Below, piece after piece: positions 9,937 through 18,360 of a stretch of DNA of 64,000 nt (positions within the stretch are counted from its first letter, which is position 1; the number at the start of each line of letters is the position of its first letter). The notes under the pieces are model-generated. The model did not search any database. It saw nothing but the letters and a program-made list of their open reading frames with translations, and was not told the origin of the DNA. The stretch lies in NCBI GenBank assembly GCA_964583685.1, contig CAZOVJ010000002.1:45055-109054 (forward strand), written 5' to 3'. Source of the stretch: an uncultured Gammaproteobacteria bacterium (GTDB lineage Bacteria; Patescibacteriota; Microgenomatia; UBA8517). The position numbers and the translations under genes were made by a program.

Positions 9937-10698
9937 TCACTTGGCTATTCCGGCATCTCGTAATCGTTGGGTGTACATTGGTAGTAGGAATAGACCCAAG
10001 ATGGCAGAGACACTGTCTCCCATAAACCACCCTATTCCTGGATCAACCAGTGCCGCTGCAAACGGTTTCCCACCAACGGTTGCACCGATCGCGCCAATCA
10101 ATGCGCTTACCAGGCATATCAAGACGACGATAAGCAGAGCAGGTAGGAAATGTCGCGGGTTAAGCTCTAACCCCCCAAGCAGCAAACGTGCCCCAACTAC
10201 AAGCACTGCCAAGGGAATTAGAAATCCCCAGGGCATTACTAAGTTGAGGGATATGTTCAACAAACCTGCTGCTAAAACCAGGAGGGTCAAAATCATGACC
10301 CGAACGGCTCCGGTCAACACGTCAGATGGTTTCTTTGCCCCCAAAGTTGGATCGATTTTGAAGGCGGTGAACAGGAGAGCGGGCAACGCTGCGTTTGCGA
10401 GGCCGCCGGCAATTGGGTTCATGATAATATCCACGATACCCCAACCGCCGTACGCCAAAATTCCTGCCGCATAGGCTCCCAACCCCGCGGCTAGACAACC
10501 ATACCAAGGCCCCAGCCAGATGCCGGCAACAAGCTGCAAGGCCGCCGGAAGCCAGATAAAACTGGCTCCTTTGACAGTTGGCGATGATCCTACTGTCATC
10601 ATCACCCAGCCGATGGCGGCAATAGCCACGGCCATGCCGATAGTAAACATAAGTCGCAGTGCCGGGTCGCGCCTAACGACATATTCCGAAGTAGTCAT
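9937..10698 (-). CDS. Membrane protein, probable ECF S (substrate) component
   Basis: Multiple TM helices, GIWLGPWYGCLAAG motif, directly upstream of EcfT/A. Confidence 0.7.
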   Translation of the reverse strand: MTTSEYVVRRDPALRLMFTIGMAVAIAAIGWVMMTVGSSPTVKGASFIWLPAALQLVAGIWLGPWYGCLAAGLGAYAAGILAYGGWGIVDIIMNPIAGGLANAALPALLFTAFKIDPTLGAKKPSDVLTGAVRVMILTLLVLAAGLLNISLNLVMPWGFLIPLAVLVVGARLLLGGLELNPRHFLPALLIVVLICLVSALIGAIGATVGGKPFAAALVDPGIGWFMGDSVSAILGLFLLPMYTQRLRDAGIAK

Positions 10699-10710
10699 TG
10701 GATCTTCTCC

Positions 10711-10755
10711 TTATTTGAACTTAGATCTATCGGACGGTTGGACACAAGTTTGCAT
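10711..10755 (-). CDS. Putative 14-aa leader peptide MQTCVQPSDRSKFK
   Basis: Strong RBS AAGGAGG upstream; its TAA overlaps the RBS (TAAGGAG) of the S-component gene. Confidence 0.35.
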   Translation of the reverse strand: MQTCVQPSDRSKFK

Positions 10756-10869
10756 AGAGCCTCCTTATTTGAAACAGCAGAGGAAGAAAACAGCCACATA
10801 GAAGTGACTATCTTTTCCCTCCACTGCTTCCAGTTCTGAAATCACTATTTAAATTTAATTGTTAATGTG

Positions 10870-11610
10870 CTAATTACCTTTTTGCATATTTCTTAATTCA
10901 GGAAGCAAAGAAATACTTTCAAATAGACGTGGATCCAGACGTTCCCAGTAAATCCCCTTCGGCTTTTGCTGGGTTTCTGAAACACGAATGAGGCGGCTAG
11001 GGGTAATAATAATGTCACAGAGAGTATCAAAAGGTTCTACTTGAAGTTCGTTCTCTGTCACTTGACAATCATGAACAAAAGCCACCACGGGTGTTTCCTC
11101 GCCAACCATACCTATTTCCCTCATCATTGCCCACTCAATATCGAAAAAGCCATGGCCCTTGCCATACCTCACTCCATTGATGCTTATAACAGATGCGCCA
11201 GTTATCAAAAAGTCAATTTCCCCTAACTTCTGAATGTCGGCAAGGGTTAATCTCTCCCCGAAACGCTCCATGCCATCCAATGAAGAAGCGTAGTTTTCTT
11301 GCCCTTGAGGCACCATTCCTCTCTCAAGCAAAATCATTCCACGACGAATACCATAAGTCGGCACAATCGCTTGTTTTGAATCTCGAATACTCTGGCTTCG
11401 TATCCCTTCTAAACAATTATCGGGTGTTATCAGTATCCGCTTTGATTCTCTATAAAGATCGAGATCCAATAAATGAGTCAGTGCCTGGTCACTCCCTTCA
11501 AAATCCGGGATAAATTCGGCAAAATTAAGATGATACCTACTGTCTGGCCTGGCAACCAGCGATAGCTGCTCCCAGACCCGCTCTCTTATCGTATCCCTTT
11601 CAGTTCTCAT
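10870..11610 (-). CDS. 5-formyltetrahydrofolate cyclo-ligase (MTHFSD-like)
   Basis: FIPDFEGS, ITPDN, GVRYGKGHGFFDIEW, VHDCQV, DIIITP. Confidence 0.85.
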   Translation of the reverse strand: MRTERDTIRERVWEQLSLVARPDSRYHLNFAEFIPDFEGSDQALTHLLDLDLYRESKRILITPDNCLEGIRSQSIRDSKQAIVPTYGIRRGMILLERGMVPQGQENYASSLDGMERFGERLTLADIQKLGEIDFLITGASVISINGVRYGKGHGFFDIEWAMMREIGMVGEETPVVAFVHDCQVTENELQVEPFDTLCDIIITPSRLIRVSETQQKPKGIYWERLDPRLFESISLLPELRNMQKGN

Positions 11611-11647
11611 TTTTAATCTCTTTCAGATATTCTTTATAAAACAAAAA

Positions 11648-11664
11648 TCCTGCTTAAAGCAGGA
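11648..11664 (-). terminator. Hairpin with T tract on the minus strand
   Basis: tcctgct-taa-agcagga followed by TTTTTGTTTT on the - strand. Confidence 0.5.
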
Positions 11665-11789
11665 CAAACTAGTGTCTTTATAAAACAAAAAAAATGTTTC
11701 TTGTTGACTGCCATTCTATTAACAAAACTTTCCTGCGGCAAACAGGTTATTATTCTGTAATTTCAGACTATAAGGTTTTAATTTTTATG

Positions 11790-12320
11790 TCAAGAGCTGA
11801 AAACAGGAAGGGTATCTAAGTAGACCAAGTCTTGAAGGTCTTCATCCGTCCGGTCTCCTTGCTTAAAAACTGCCATATACATCACCGCTTTTGCCCCAAT
11901 GCCTTTCATCAATCCCTTTATCACCCGCATTGTGTATCCGGAAAAAATAACGTCATCAACTATAACTACTTTCTTGTTTTTGAGAAGTCTCGCATCCCTT
12001 CCATCCAGAACAAGCCCCTGTCTTCCTTTTGACTTTACTGGAGAAACCATATATCCATGGATCTTCTTTCTACAAACAACGTATTTAGGTTTACCGAGAA
12101 TCCTGGAGAGTTCATGAAGCAGAGGAACAACCTTAACTTCAGGCCCAACCAAATAGTCAAACTCTACACCCTTTAACTTCCTGAGTAACTTCTGGGCTAT
12201 AATTTCAACAAGTTCTTCATCCCCAAGTAAGTTAAAAGAGGCAACTTTTATTTTGGGACCCAGTGCCACAACTGGCAGCTTTCTCGCAACTTTCCCAACC
12301 CTTAAGGTATAAAAATCCAT
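11790..12320 (-). CDS. Purine (adenine-type) phosphoribosyltransferase
   Basis: VVIVDDVIFSGYT PRPP-binding motif. Confidence 0.85.
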   Translation of the reverse strand: MDFYTLRVGKVARKLPVVALGPKIKVASFNLLGDEELVEIIAQKLLRKLKGVEFDYLVGPEVKVVPLLHELSRILGKPKYVVCRKKIHGYMVSPVKSKGRQGLVLDGRDARLLKNKKVVIVDDVIFSGYTMRVIKGLMKGIGAKAVMYMAVFKQGDRTDEDLQDLVYLDTLPVFSS

Positions 12321-12559
12321 ATTATTACACTTTAACCAGATATCAGGGTTTTGTAAACGCTACGCAATGTTTTACTGGATCAATGAGTGAGTGAAAAGGG
12401 TGTATATTACGAGGTAAACATTAACACAGACAATATTTTCCAAAATTTTCTAACTACAAGATTATAAACAACACCGGTCTCCTAACTTTTTTACCAGATA
12501 CCCCTCGTCCTTATTAGGCATGCTTTGTTTATCGCTCGCAAACTTGATAAAATTCGATT

Positions 12560-13036
12560 ATGAGAAGAACAGGAGTCAGAGCAGTAGCGGTATTAACAAA
12601 AGGTGACAGAATACTTTTAATTCATAGAACTCGAGATAGTAAGGAATTTTGGGTTTTGCCAGGAGGCGGAGTAGAAAAGGATGAGAAAATTGAAGAAGCA
12701 GTTAGCCGTGAAGTTGAAGAAGAGACAAGCATCAAGTGTAAAATTGTTAAATTGCTTTATACACACGTTTATTCTGACCTTGGTCACAAACAATATTATT
12801 ACCTGTGTAAATACGTTTCAGGAACCCCCAACCTGGGGAAATTCAATGAATTCTATACAATGAAGGAAGAAAATCAGACTTACGCACCAGTTTGGGTAAA
12901 CATTGGAAACTTGCCAAAAATATTACTTTATCCTCTGGAAATTCGGGACTGGATTATTCAAGATTACAGAACAAACTTCGAGCACCCGCCTAAATCCGCG
13001 ACGTTAAAATCCACAAATCTCCGTCAAGAAACATGA
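12560..13036 (+). CDS. NUDIX hydrolase (paralog of 26461-26937)
   Basis: PGGGVE..E...AVSREVEEETS Nudix box. Confidence 0.9.
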   Translation: MRRTGVRAVAVLTKGDRILLIHRTRDSKEFWVLPGGGVEKDEKIEEAVSREVEEETSIKCKIVKLLYTHVYSDLGHKQYYYLCKYVSGTPNLGKFNEFYTMKEENQTYAPVWVNIGNLPKILLYPLEIRDWIIQDYRTNFEHPPKSATLKSTNLRQET

Positions 13037-13040
13037 GGCC

Positions 13041-13303
13041 TTTTTTTTATACTGTCTCATTCGTCTCACTTCAACTTTGCTAAGTGTTATAACATTCAGC
13101 CTCGAGCGTGACTTGGGAGTAAAGAAAAAATGGCTAGAGAAAGCAATTATTTTTAGAAGGTATGTAGATGATAAAAATGCAATCCCAAAAAACTTAAACT
13201 GGGGAAAGTGTGAAAAAGGTACAAAAATAGGAAGTATTGTGTAATTAGTACAATATGCCGTTAGTTATAATGATAGAAAGGTTCTAGACCGACCTGCTCA
13301 GCC
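13041..13303 (+). repeat. Array site interrupted by ~150 bp: TGTCTCA box/leader (13041-13122) and core (13278-13303)
   Basis: Matches 20013-20084 up to GGAGTAA; core aaggttctagaccgacctgctcagcc. Confidence 0.85.
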
Positions 13304-13472
13304 AAATTGAGCACCCATATGTAGCCCATGTCTCTAGAAAATCCCATGTTTTCTATCAAAACGGCTATTTTTCTTTCAAACATTCGTACCACACGCTCAA
13401 TGTCCGTATAAATCCCCTAGTATTGACTGAGATAACCTTGAATGTTATATTGACGCACTGCCAATAACAAAC

Positions 13473-14402
13473 ATGGCAGCAAGAAAACAAAGAAAAACTA
13501 GCAGAAACAAGACGCCAAAACAATACACCGCTTCAGTATATACAGATCTGAAAGATGGCCATTTACCTTTAAAGTTGGCCAAGGCCATTCAAGCACTTGA
13601 AAAATCTCTCAAGAAGAAGGTCTTTATGGTAATTCAAAATGGAGAAGGGCCATATGGACAACTCGATGAAGCCCTGATTAAGAGGTTGAGAAAAGAAGTC
13701 GACAATATTCCTCGAGAGCTGGCTTTGCTGATTGATTCTCCAGGTGGTTACGCAATAGATGCATATAGGCTGTCTGTGTTGCTTAGAAAGGTTAGTCCAA
13801 AATATCTGGCCTTGGTTCCCCGATACGCTAAAAGTGCAGCAACCCTAGCCGTATTGGGAGCAGGCCAGATAATGCTAGGCAGTTTTGGTGAATTAGGACC
13901 ATTGGATGCTTGGTATTATGATCCAGAGAAGGAAGAGAGGATCTCGGCTCTAGACGAAGTTCAAGCATTAGAGCGCTTACACGCCTTCTCTCTTGAGGCC
14001 ATAGACTCTACAATGATTCTGTTAGGAAAAAGGGCTAATAAAAAAATTAGCACACTCTTGCCACTTAGCTTAAATTATATCTGTGGTTTATTAAAACCAA
14101 TTTTCGAGAAAATTGACGTTGTTCATTATACCCGATCTTCAAGGGTGCTCTTGGCGGCGGAAGAATATGCGGCTAGGTTGCTCTCTGGAAAATATTCTAA
14201 AAAAAGAGCAGAAGAAATTGCGAGGCACTTAACAGAGATGTATCCTGAACATGGTTTTTCCATAAACATTGAAGAAGCGGAACGAATAGATGCTGACTTA
14301 GTTGTTGTACCATCAGAGGAACAAGATGCTATAATGAAAAAGATAGTGGAATATTTAGAAAGTGATATTAACATAATTGGTACAATTGAAGAAGCAAAAT
14401 AA
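13473..14402 (+). CDS. SDH_sah / ClpP-crotonase-like serine peptidase (S49-related)
   Basis: LIDSPGG, AKSAATL, GELGPLD, HGFSI motifs. Confidence 0.8.
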   Translation: MAARKQRKTSRNKTPKQYTASVYTDLKDGHLPLKLAKAIQALEKSLKKKVFMVIQNGEGPYGQLDEALIKRLRKEVDNIPRELALLIDSPGGYAIDAYRLSVLLRKVSPKYLALVPRYAKSAATLAVLGAGQIMLGSFGELGPLDAWYYDPEKEERISALDEVQALERLHAFSLEAIDSTMILLGKRANKKISTLLPLSLNYICGLLKPIFEKIDVVHYTRSSRVLLAAEEYAARLLSGKYSKKRAEEIARHLTEMYPEHGFSINIEEAERIDADLVVVPSEEQDAIMKKIVEYLESDINIIGTIEEAK

Positions 14403-14569
14403 TGTTTTCTAAACGAAAAAAGATTGAAAAGCCAAAGGCGAGTGTGGGTGAAACAACCCACGCTGTAGTTGAAACTTCAATAAAACTAGCTAAAAAGTCG
14501 AAAAAGAAATGGGAATTTTTTCGAAGCAAACCTTCAGGAAATAAACTTTCATTGTGGTTTAAGTACTAG
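14402..14569 (+). CDS. Small basic protein (55 aa) translationally coupled to the peptidase
   Basis: TAATG overlap; MFSKRKKIEKPKASVGETTHAVV...LSLWFKY. Confidence 0.5.
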   Translation: MFSKRKKIEKPKASVGETTHAVVETSIKLAKKSKKKWEFFRSKPSGNKLSLWFKY

Positions 14570-14653
14570 TAATAGGCGTTATTATTGTACCCCCCAACCG
14601 CACGTAAGTTACGACGAGAACACTCAGTGTAAACGTTTCTGGTAAAATTAGAT

Positions 14654-14694
14654 GAGTTATAAGGATATAAAGGTCCTAGCCCGGCCTGCTCAGC
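14654..14694 (+). repeat. Array site core element
   Basis: gagttataaggatataaaggtcctagcccggcctgctcagc. Confidence 0.75.
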
Positions 14695-14813
14695 ACCACT
14701 TTTTAACCTCAAAAAACTTTATTAAACCGAACAACCCCATCTGGGATTCGAAACCTCTCCCTGCTGTGCAATGTTTAGATACAAACCGGGTATGGTATAC
14801 TCACACTCAAACA

Positions 14814-15293
14814 ATGACAGAACGACCATTTGAATCTCCTGAATTTGAGAAAAGAGCAGAGGCTTTTATTGAAGAAGTTCGAACTGAAACTCAGTCAAAC
14901 GATGATTCTCGGTATCGTCAGGTAAGTAGTGTTAGGGTGGGCAAGTATCTTCCAGGGGCAATTAGAGGTCTGGATAAGTTACAATCTTTAGTTGATTATG
15001 CCAAAACAGAGTTTACCCTTAGACCTCGCTACCTGTCGGATGTGTATGATATAAAATCTGCAAACTCGTGTGTTGTTGAGTTTAGTGCAACATTTAACTC
15101 AAGACGCGCTCTTGGTAGGTTTGTAGAAAGAATACTGCAAATAGCCGAGGCCCACGGGGGACAAATAGATGAAACAATACTCCCTTTACTGACTACTGTT
15201 AGAGAAGATGATTATATTAGAGCACAGCGAGGTAACTATGGTTACCATTTTCGTACTTTGCTCTTTTTCGAGTTTTCCAGCTCTGCCGAGTGA
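14814..15293 (+). CDS. Hypothetical protein
   Basis: Likely start MTERPF after the TGGTATACT -10; the upstream ORF extension runs through the repeat. Confidence 0.55.
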   Translation: MTERPFESPEFEKRAEAFIEEVRTETQSNDDSRYRQVSSVRVGKYLPGAIRGLDKLQSLVDYAKTEFTLRPRYLSDVYDIKSANSCVVEFSATFNSRRALGRFVERILQIAEAHGGQIDETILPLLTTVREDDYIRAQRGNYGYHFRTLLFFEFSSSAE

Positions 15294-15424
15294 ATAACTT
15301 ATATCATTCCTCATTAGTTTGCATAAGAATGGAGAAACTGTTGTGATTACTGGTAAACTAATTCAGGATAAGGAATAATTTCTGTCCAGTTTGCAGTTCG
15401 GAAATCGTCAGGTAGTGCCAGCAC

Positions 15425-15443
15425 TTTTTTTATACTGTCTCAT
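15425..15443 (+). repeat. TTTTTTATACTGTCTCAT box
   Basis: Same box as at 7565, 13041, 15967, 26943 and 37763. Confidence 0.75.
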
Positions 15444-15501
15444 CTCTTCAACTTTTACGTCCACATTGATAAATAAACCTTAGTTTATGTAGAATGAATG
15501 T

Positions 15502-15960
15502 ATGATTAAACTTATTGCCTCAATCGTCATTTGTCAGCTGGCTGGAATTATTGGAGCTTTTTTTACTACTCCCTCGATTTCTGGTTGGTATGCTAGCCTT
15601 AACAAACCTTTTTTCAATCCACCCAGCTGGTTATTTGGTCCCGTCTGGATCTTGCTATATTTACTAATGGGAGTTTCTCTGTATTTAGTTTGGAGTCAAA
15701 AAAATCAAGCAGGAAAAAAACTTGCCCTAACCATTTTTGCAATTCAACTGGGGCTTAACAGTTTTTGGTCAATTGTCTTCTTTGGCCTACAGTTGCCCTG
15801 GGTAGCATTTTTGGAAATCCTGGTGCTTTTGTTTTTTATTGTTTTAACGATTGTTAAGTTCTTTCCAATATCAAAAATATCAGCTTACCTTTTAATTCCC
15901 TATCTTTTGTGGGTGAGTTTTGCCAGCCTTCTTAATCTTTACATTGTTAAACTGAATTAG
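15502..15960 (+). CDS. tspO: TspO/MBR tryptophan-rich sensory protein
   Basis: WYASLNKP.FNPP.WLFGPVW, LN..WS..FF, PYLLWVSFA. Confidence 0.95.
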   Translation: MIKLIASIVICQLAGIIGAFFTTPSISGWYASLNKPFFNPPSWLFGPVWILLYLLMGVSLYLVWSQKNQAGKKLALTIFAIQLGLNSFWSIVFFGLQLPWVAFLEILVLLFFIVLTIVKFFPISKISAYLLIPYLLWVSFASLLNLYIVKLN

Positions 15961-15966
15961 AAATCT

Positions 15967-16062
15967 CTTTTTTATACTGTTTCATTTGTCTCAATTAGCT
16001 TCGATTATGATACACTTGGAGTAATTGATTATGGGCTCGAAAGGGTCCAGACCTACCTGCTT
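15967..16062 (+). repeat. Complete array site (TGTCTCA box, TGATACACT, core)
   Basis: ttttttatactgtttcatttgtctca...tgatacacttggagtaattgattatgggctcgaaagggtccagacctacctgc. Confidence 0.85.
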
Positions 16063-16093
16063 GCTAACTTAAACATTTAATCTGTTTAAAAAA

Positions 16094-16657
16094 ATGGTAG
16101 AAGATATTGTTAGTAAAATATCGGGTGAGCTTAGTAGAGGCATAGACTCTGAGCCTCAGGTACTTTATTTGCTTGTTGAAATTAGAAAAATAAGACAAGC
16201 GAATGTCGATCAAGCAAATTTAGGAAGTAGTAAAACATTCTTAGACTTTTACCGTGACTGGGCTTGTCATGTAGAGTTGACTCACAATGATGCCGTCGAA
16301 ACATTCCTTAACAGATTCGAGGTTCTAGTAAATCCAAGCTTAACAGCCCATGAAATAGCTAGAAGTTTTATTAGTCATTTCCCATCCTTTTTCAAGCTCG
16401 ACGAGTTGAGAAATGAACTAAGAGGTTTCTTTAAAGATAAGGAGTTAACAACTGAACTAACTGATGACCGGGGAAAATGGTATACGTTCGTCAAACATCT
16501 ATTAGGCATTCTAAAGAACTGCAGTATAAAGCGATTGCGTTCCAATGGAAAAATTGAGGAACTTACTTTAGAAGTCGATGGTCAAGGGAATGCAAAATTT
16601 AAATTTCGCCTTAGAGGAAGAAAAGATTGCCCCGTTTGTAAATTGAAATGGAAATAG
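16094..16657 (+). CDS. Hypothetical protein (homolog of 28090-28560)
   Basis: Shared EL...I.SE.QV..L..IRK and FY..W..H pattern. Confidence 0.65.
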   Translation: MVEDIVSKISGELSRGIDSEPQVLYLLVEIRKIRQANVDQANLGSSKTFLDFYRDWACHVELTHNDAVETFLNRFEVLVNPSLTAHEIARSFISHFPSFFKLDELRNELRGFFKDKELTTELTDDRGKWYTFVKHLLGILKNCSIKRLRSNGKIEELTLEVDGQGNAKFKFRLRGRKDCPVCKLKWK

Positions 16658-16675
16658 TTCTAATGAGTCCCAAGA

Positions 16676-16881
16676 GTGTTACACTTGGAGTAATCGATTA
16701 TAGGCTCAAAAGGTTCTAGACCGGCCTGCTCAATTATCTGGGATTAAGAACCTCAGGCACGACGTCCAGTTATGAGGACAAGTTGGGTCTAGACCGACCT
16801 GCTTCAATTATTTCGGAATCAGAACCCTAAGCACAGTGTCCAATTATCAGGATTAGAAAACTTTAGAACAAGGAGCTTCAG
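16676..16881 (+). repeat. Three tandem array sites, period ~73-74 bp, no gene between
   Basis: TCTAGA cores at 16715 and 16788, degenerate TTTAGA at 16862; spacers homologous to the 72-bp unit at 27150. Confidence 0.85.
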
Positions 16882-16949
16882 TTAAAAATTTAGCTAAAAT
16901 ATACCAAATTCGAAAATAAGATCCGAACTCTAGATTCAGGAATTTATAT

Positions 16950-18143
16950 TTATAGTAACTCTAGGGCTGCTCTCACGTAAATTTCTAAAACCCTAGTTAG
17001 TGAAGAAAGTTCTAGATACTCGTCAGCAGAATGTACTCCATCTCCTTCGGCTCCAAAACCACAAACCATTGGAATACCTGCTTTAACAAACATATATCCT
17101 TCATTCCAAGGACCACAACCTCGAACTTCTGGGGTGATATTCATAACTTCCTTGTCTAACTTCTTAAGAATTTTAACCAAAGGTTCTTTTGGGGATATTA
17201 CTACCCCTGGAACATTATTTTTAATTGTCAATTGAAATTTAATCTTTTCTTGCTCACATTCTTGAGCTAGTTTTCTAATCTTTTCTATATACTCTTTGTT
17301 GCTGTGATTAGGTAATAATCGAGCATCAAGTAAAACTTTAGCTCTATCAGGAACAATTGATTCTCCACTTCCACCTTGTAATAATGTTGGAGTTAAAACA
17401 AAACCGTAACCAGGAAAGGCAGGATGAACATTGGGTATTGTTATTTCCGATAGACGATCTATAAAACGAACCACTGCTTTAATTGCATTAGCTCCTTTTT
17501 TCTTATTTTGCCAACTACTCGAACCTGTATGAACTGCTTCACCTGTAAACTCAACCCAAATGCGGACACCACCACGATGACCAATGGTTATCGTTTCAAC
17601 CCCAGGATAAGTATAAATAGCGGCTTTGGCTTGAAGACCTTTTTCTAACAAATATTTTGCTCCTAGTTTTGAGTCGGCTCCACTTTCTTCATCAACAACA
17701 CCAACAAATTTGGCAAGTTCTGGCTTACCTAAATCCTTAAGTATCCTTAAGGCATAAAGAGATAAAGCAACTCCAGCTTTACAATCAATTGCCCCCCTAC
17801 CATAAAGTCTTTCGTCTTTAACTTCAGCTCCAAATGGCTTATATTTCCACTTTTTTTCATCACCTACTGGAACAGTATCAAGATGAGCTACAAATAAAAG
17901 TCCTAACCTAGATTTAAAGTTTGTCCCAACAAAAACATTCGGTCTGTCCCCCTCCAACGCTACTAGTTTATGTGCTAGTCCTAACTTTTCGGCTTGAGAA
18001 GCAACTAACTTAGCTATTTTTCTTTCAGTGTTTTGCCCATTTACTGAAGGTGTTTTTACTAAATCTTTACAGAAACTAACCAAATCATGCTCATAATCCT
18101 GAGTCAAATTTTGAATTTTTGAAATTTCTAATCGTTTAACCAT
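16950..18143 (-). CDS. M20 family metallopeptidase (ArgE/DapE-like)
   Basis: AHLDTVP, GRGAIDCK, DEE, H(S)ADE. Confidence 0.9.
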   Translation of the reverse strand: MVKRLEISKIQNLTQDYEHDLVSFCKDLVKTPSVNGQNTERKIAKLVASQAEKLGLAHKLVALEGDRPNVFVGTNFKSRLGLLFVAHLDTVPVGDEKKWKYKPFGAEVKDERLYGRGAIDCKAGVALSLYALRILKDLGKPELAKFVGVVDEESGADSKLGAKYLLEKGLQAKAAIYTYPGVETITIGHRGGVRIWVEFTGEAVHTGSSSWQNKKKGANAIKAVVRFIDRLSEITIPNVHPAFPGYGFVLTPTLLQGGSGESIVPDRAKVLLDARLLPNHSNKEYIEKIRKLAQECEQEKIKFQLTIKNNVPGVVISPKEPLVKILKKLDKEVMNITPEVRGCGPWNEGYMFVKAGIPMVCGFGAEGDGVHSADEYLELSSLTRVLEIYVRAALELL

Positions 18144-18201
18144 CAAAATATTATACCAAATTACATTCTTCATTTATAATAGAAGCGATTGTGATTAATA
18201 A

Positions 18202-18277
18202 GCTCAATTTTCTCGGAATCAGAACCCTAGGCATACGGTCCAGTTATAAGGACTAAATTGATCTAGACCGAGGAGCT
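18202..18277 (+). repeat. Array site, 72-bp-unit type
   Basis: gctcaattttctcggaatcagaaccctaggcatacggtccagttataaggactaaattgatctagaccgaggagct. Confidence 0.75.
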
Positions 18278-18360
18278 GCTAGTAAAAAGTGATAATCCTG
18301 GGGCGTGAAGCTAATCCACACTTGGTGTGGGAAAGTGCCACATTTTTAACTTGCGATATT

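Noticed and set aside
11611-11789. THF or ZTP riboswitch upstream of the folate module
   Set aside because: A terminator-like hairpin is present, but I recognised no aptamer consensus; an Rfam/Infernal search would be needed.
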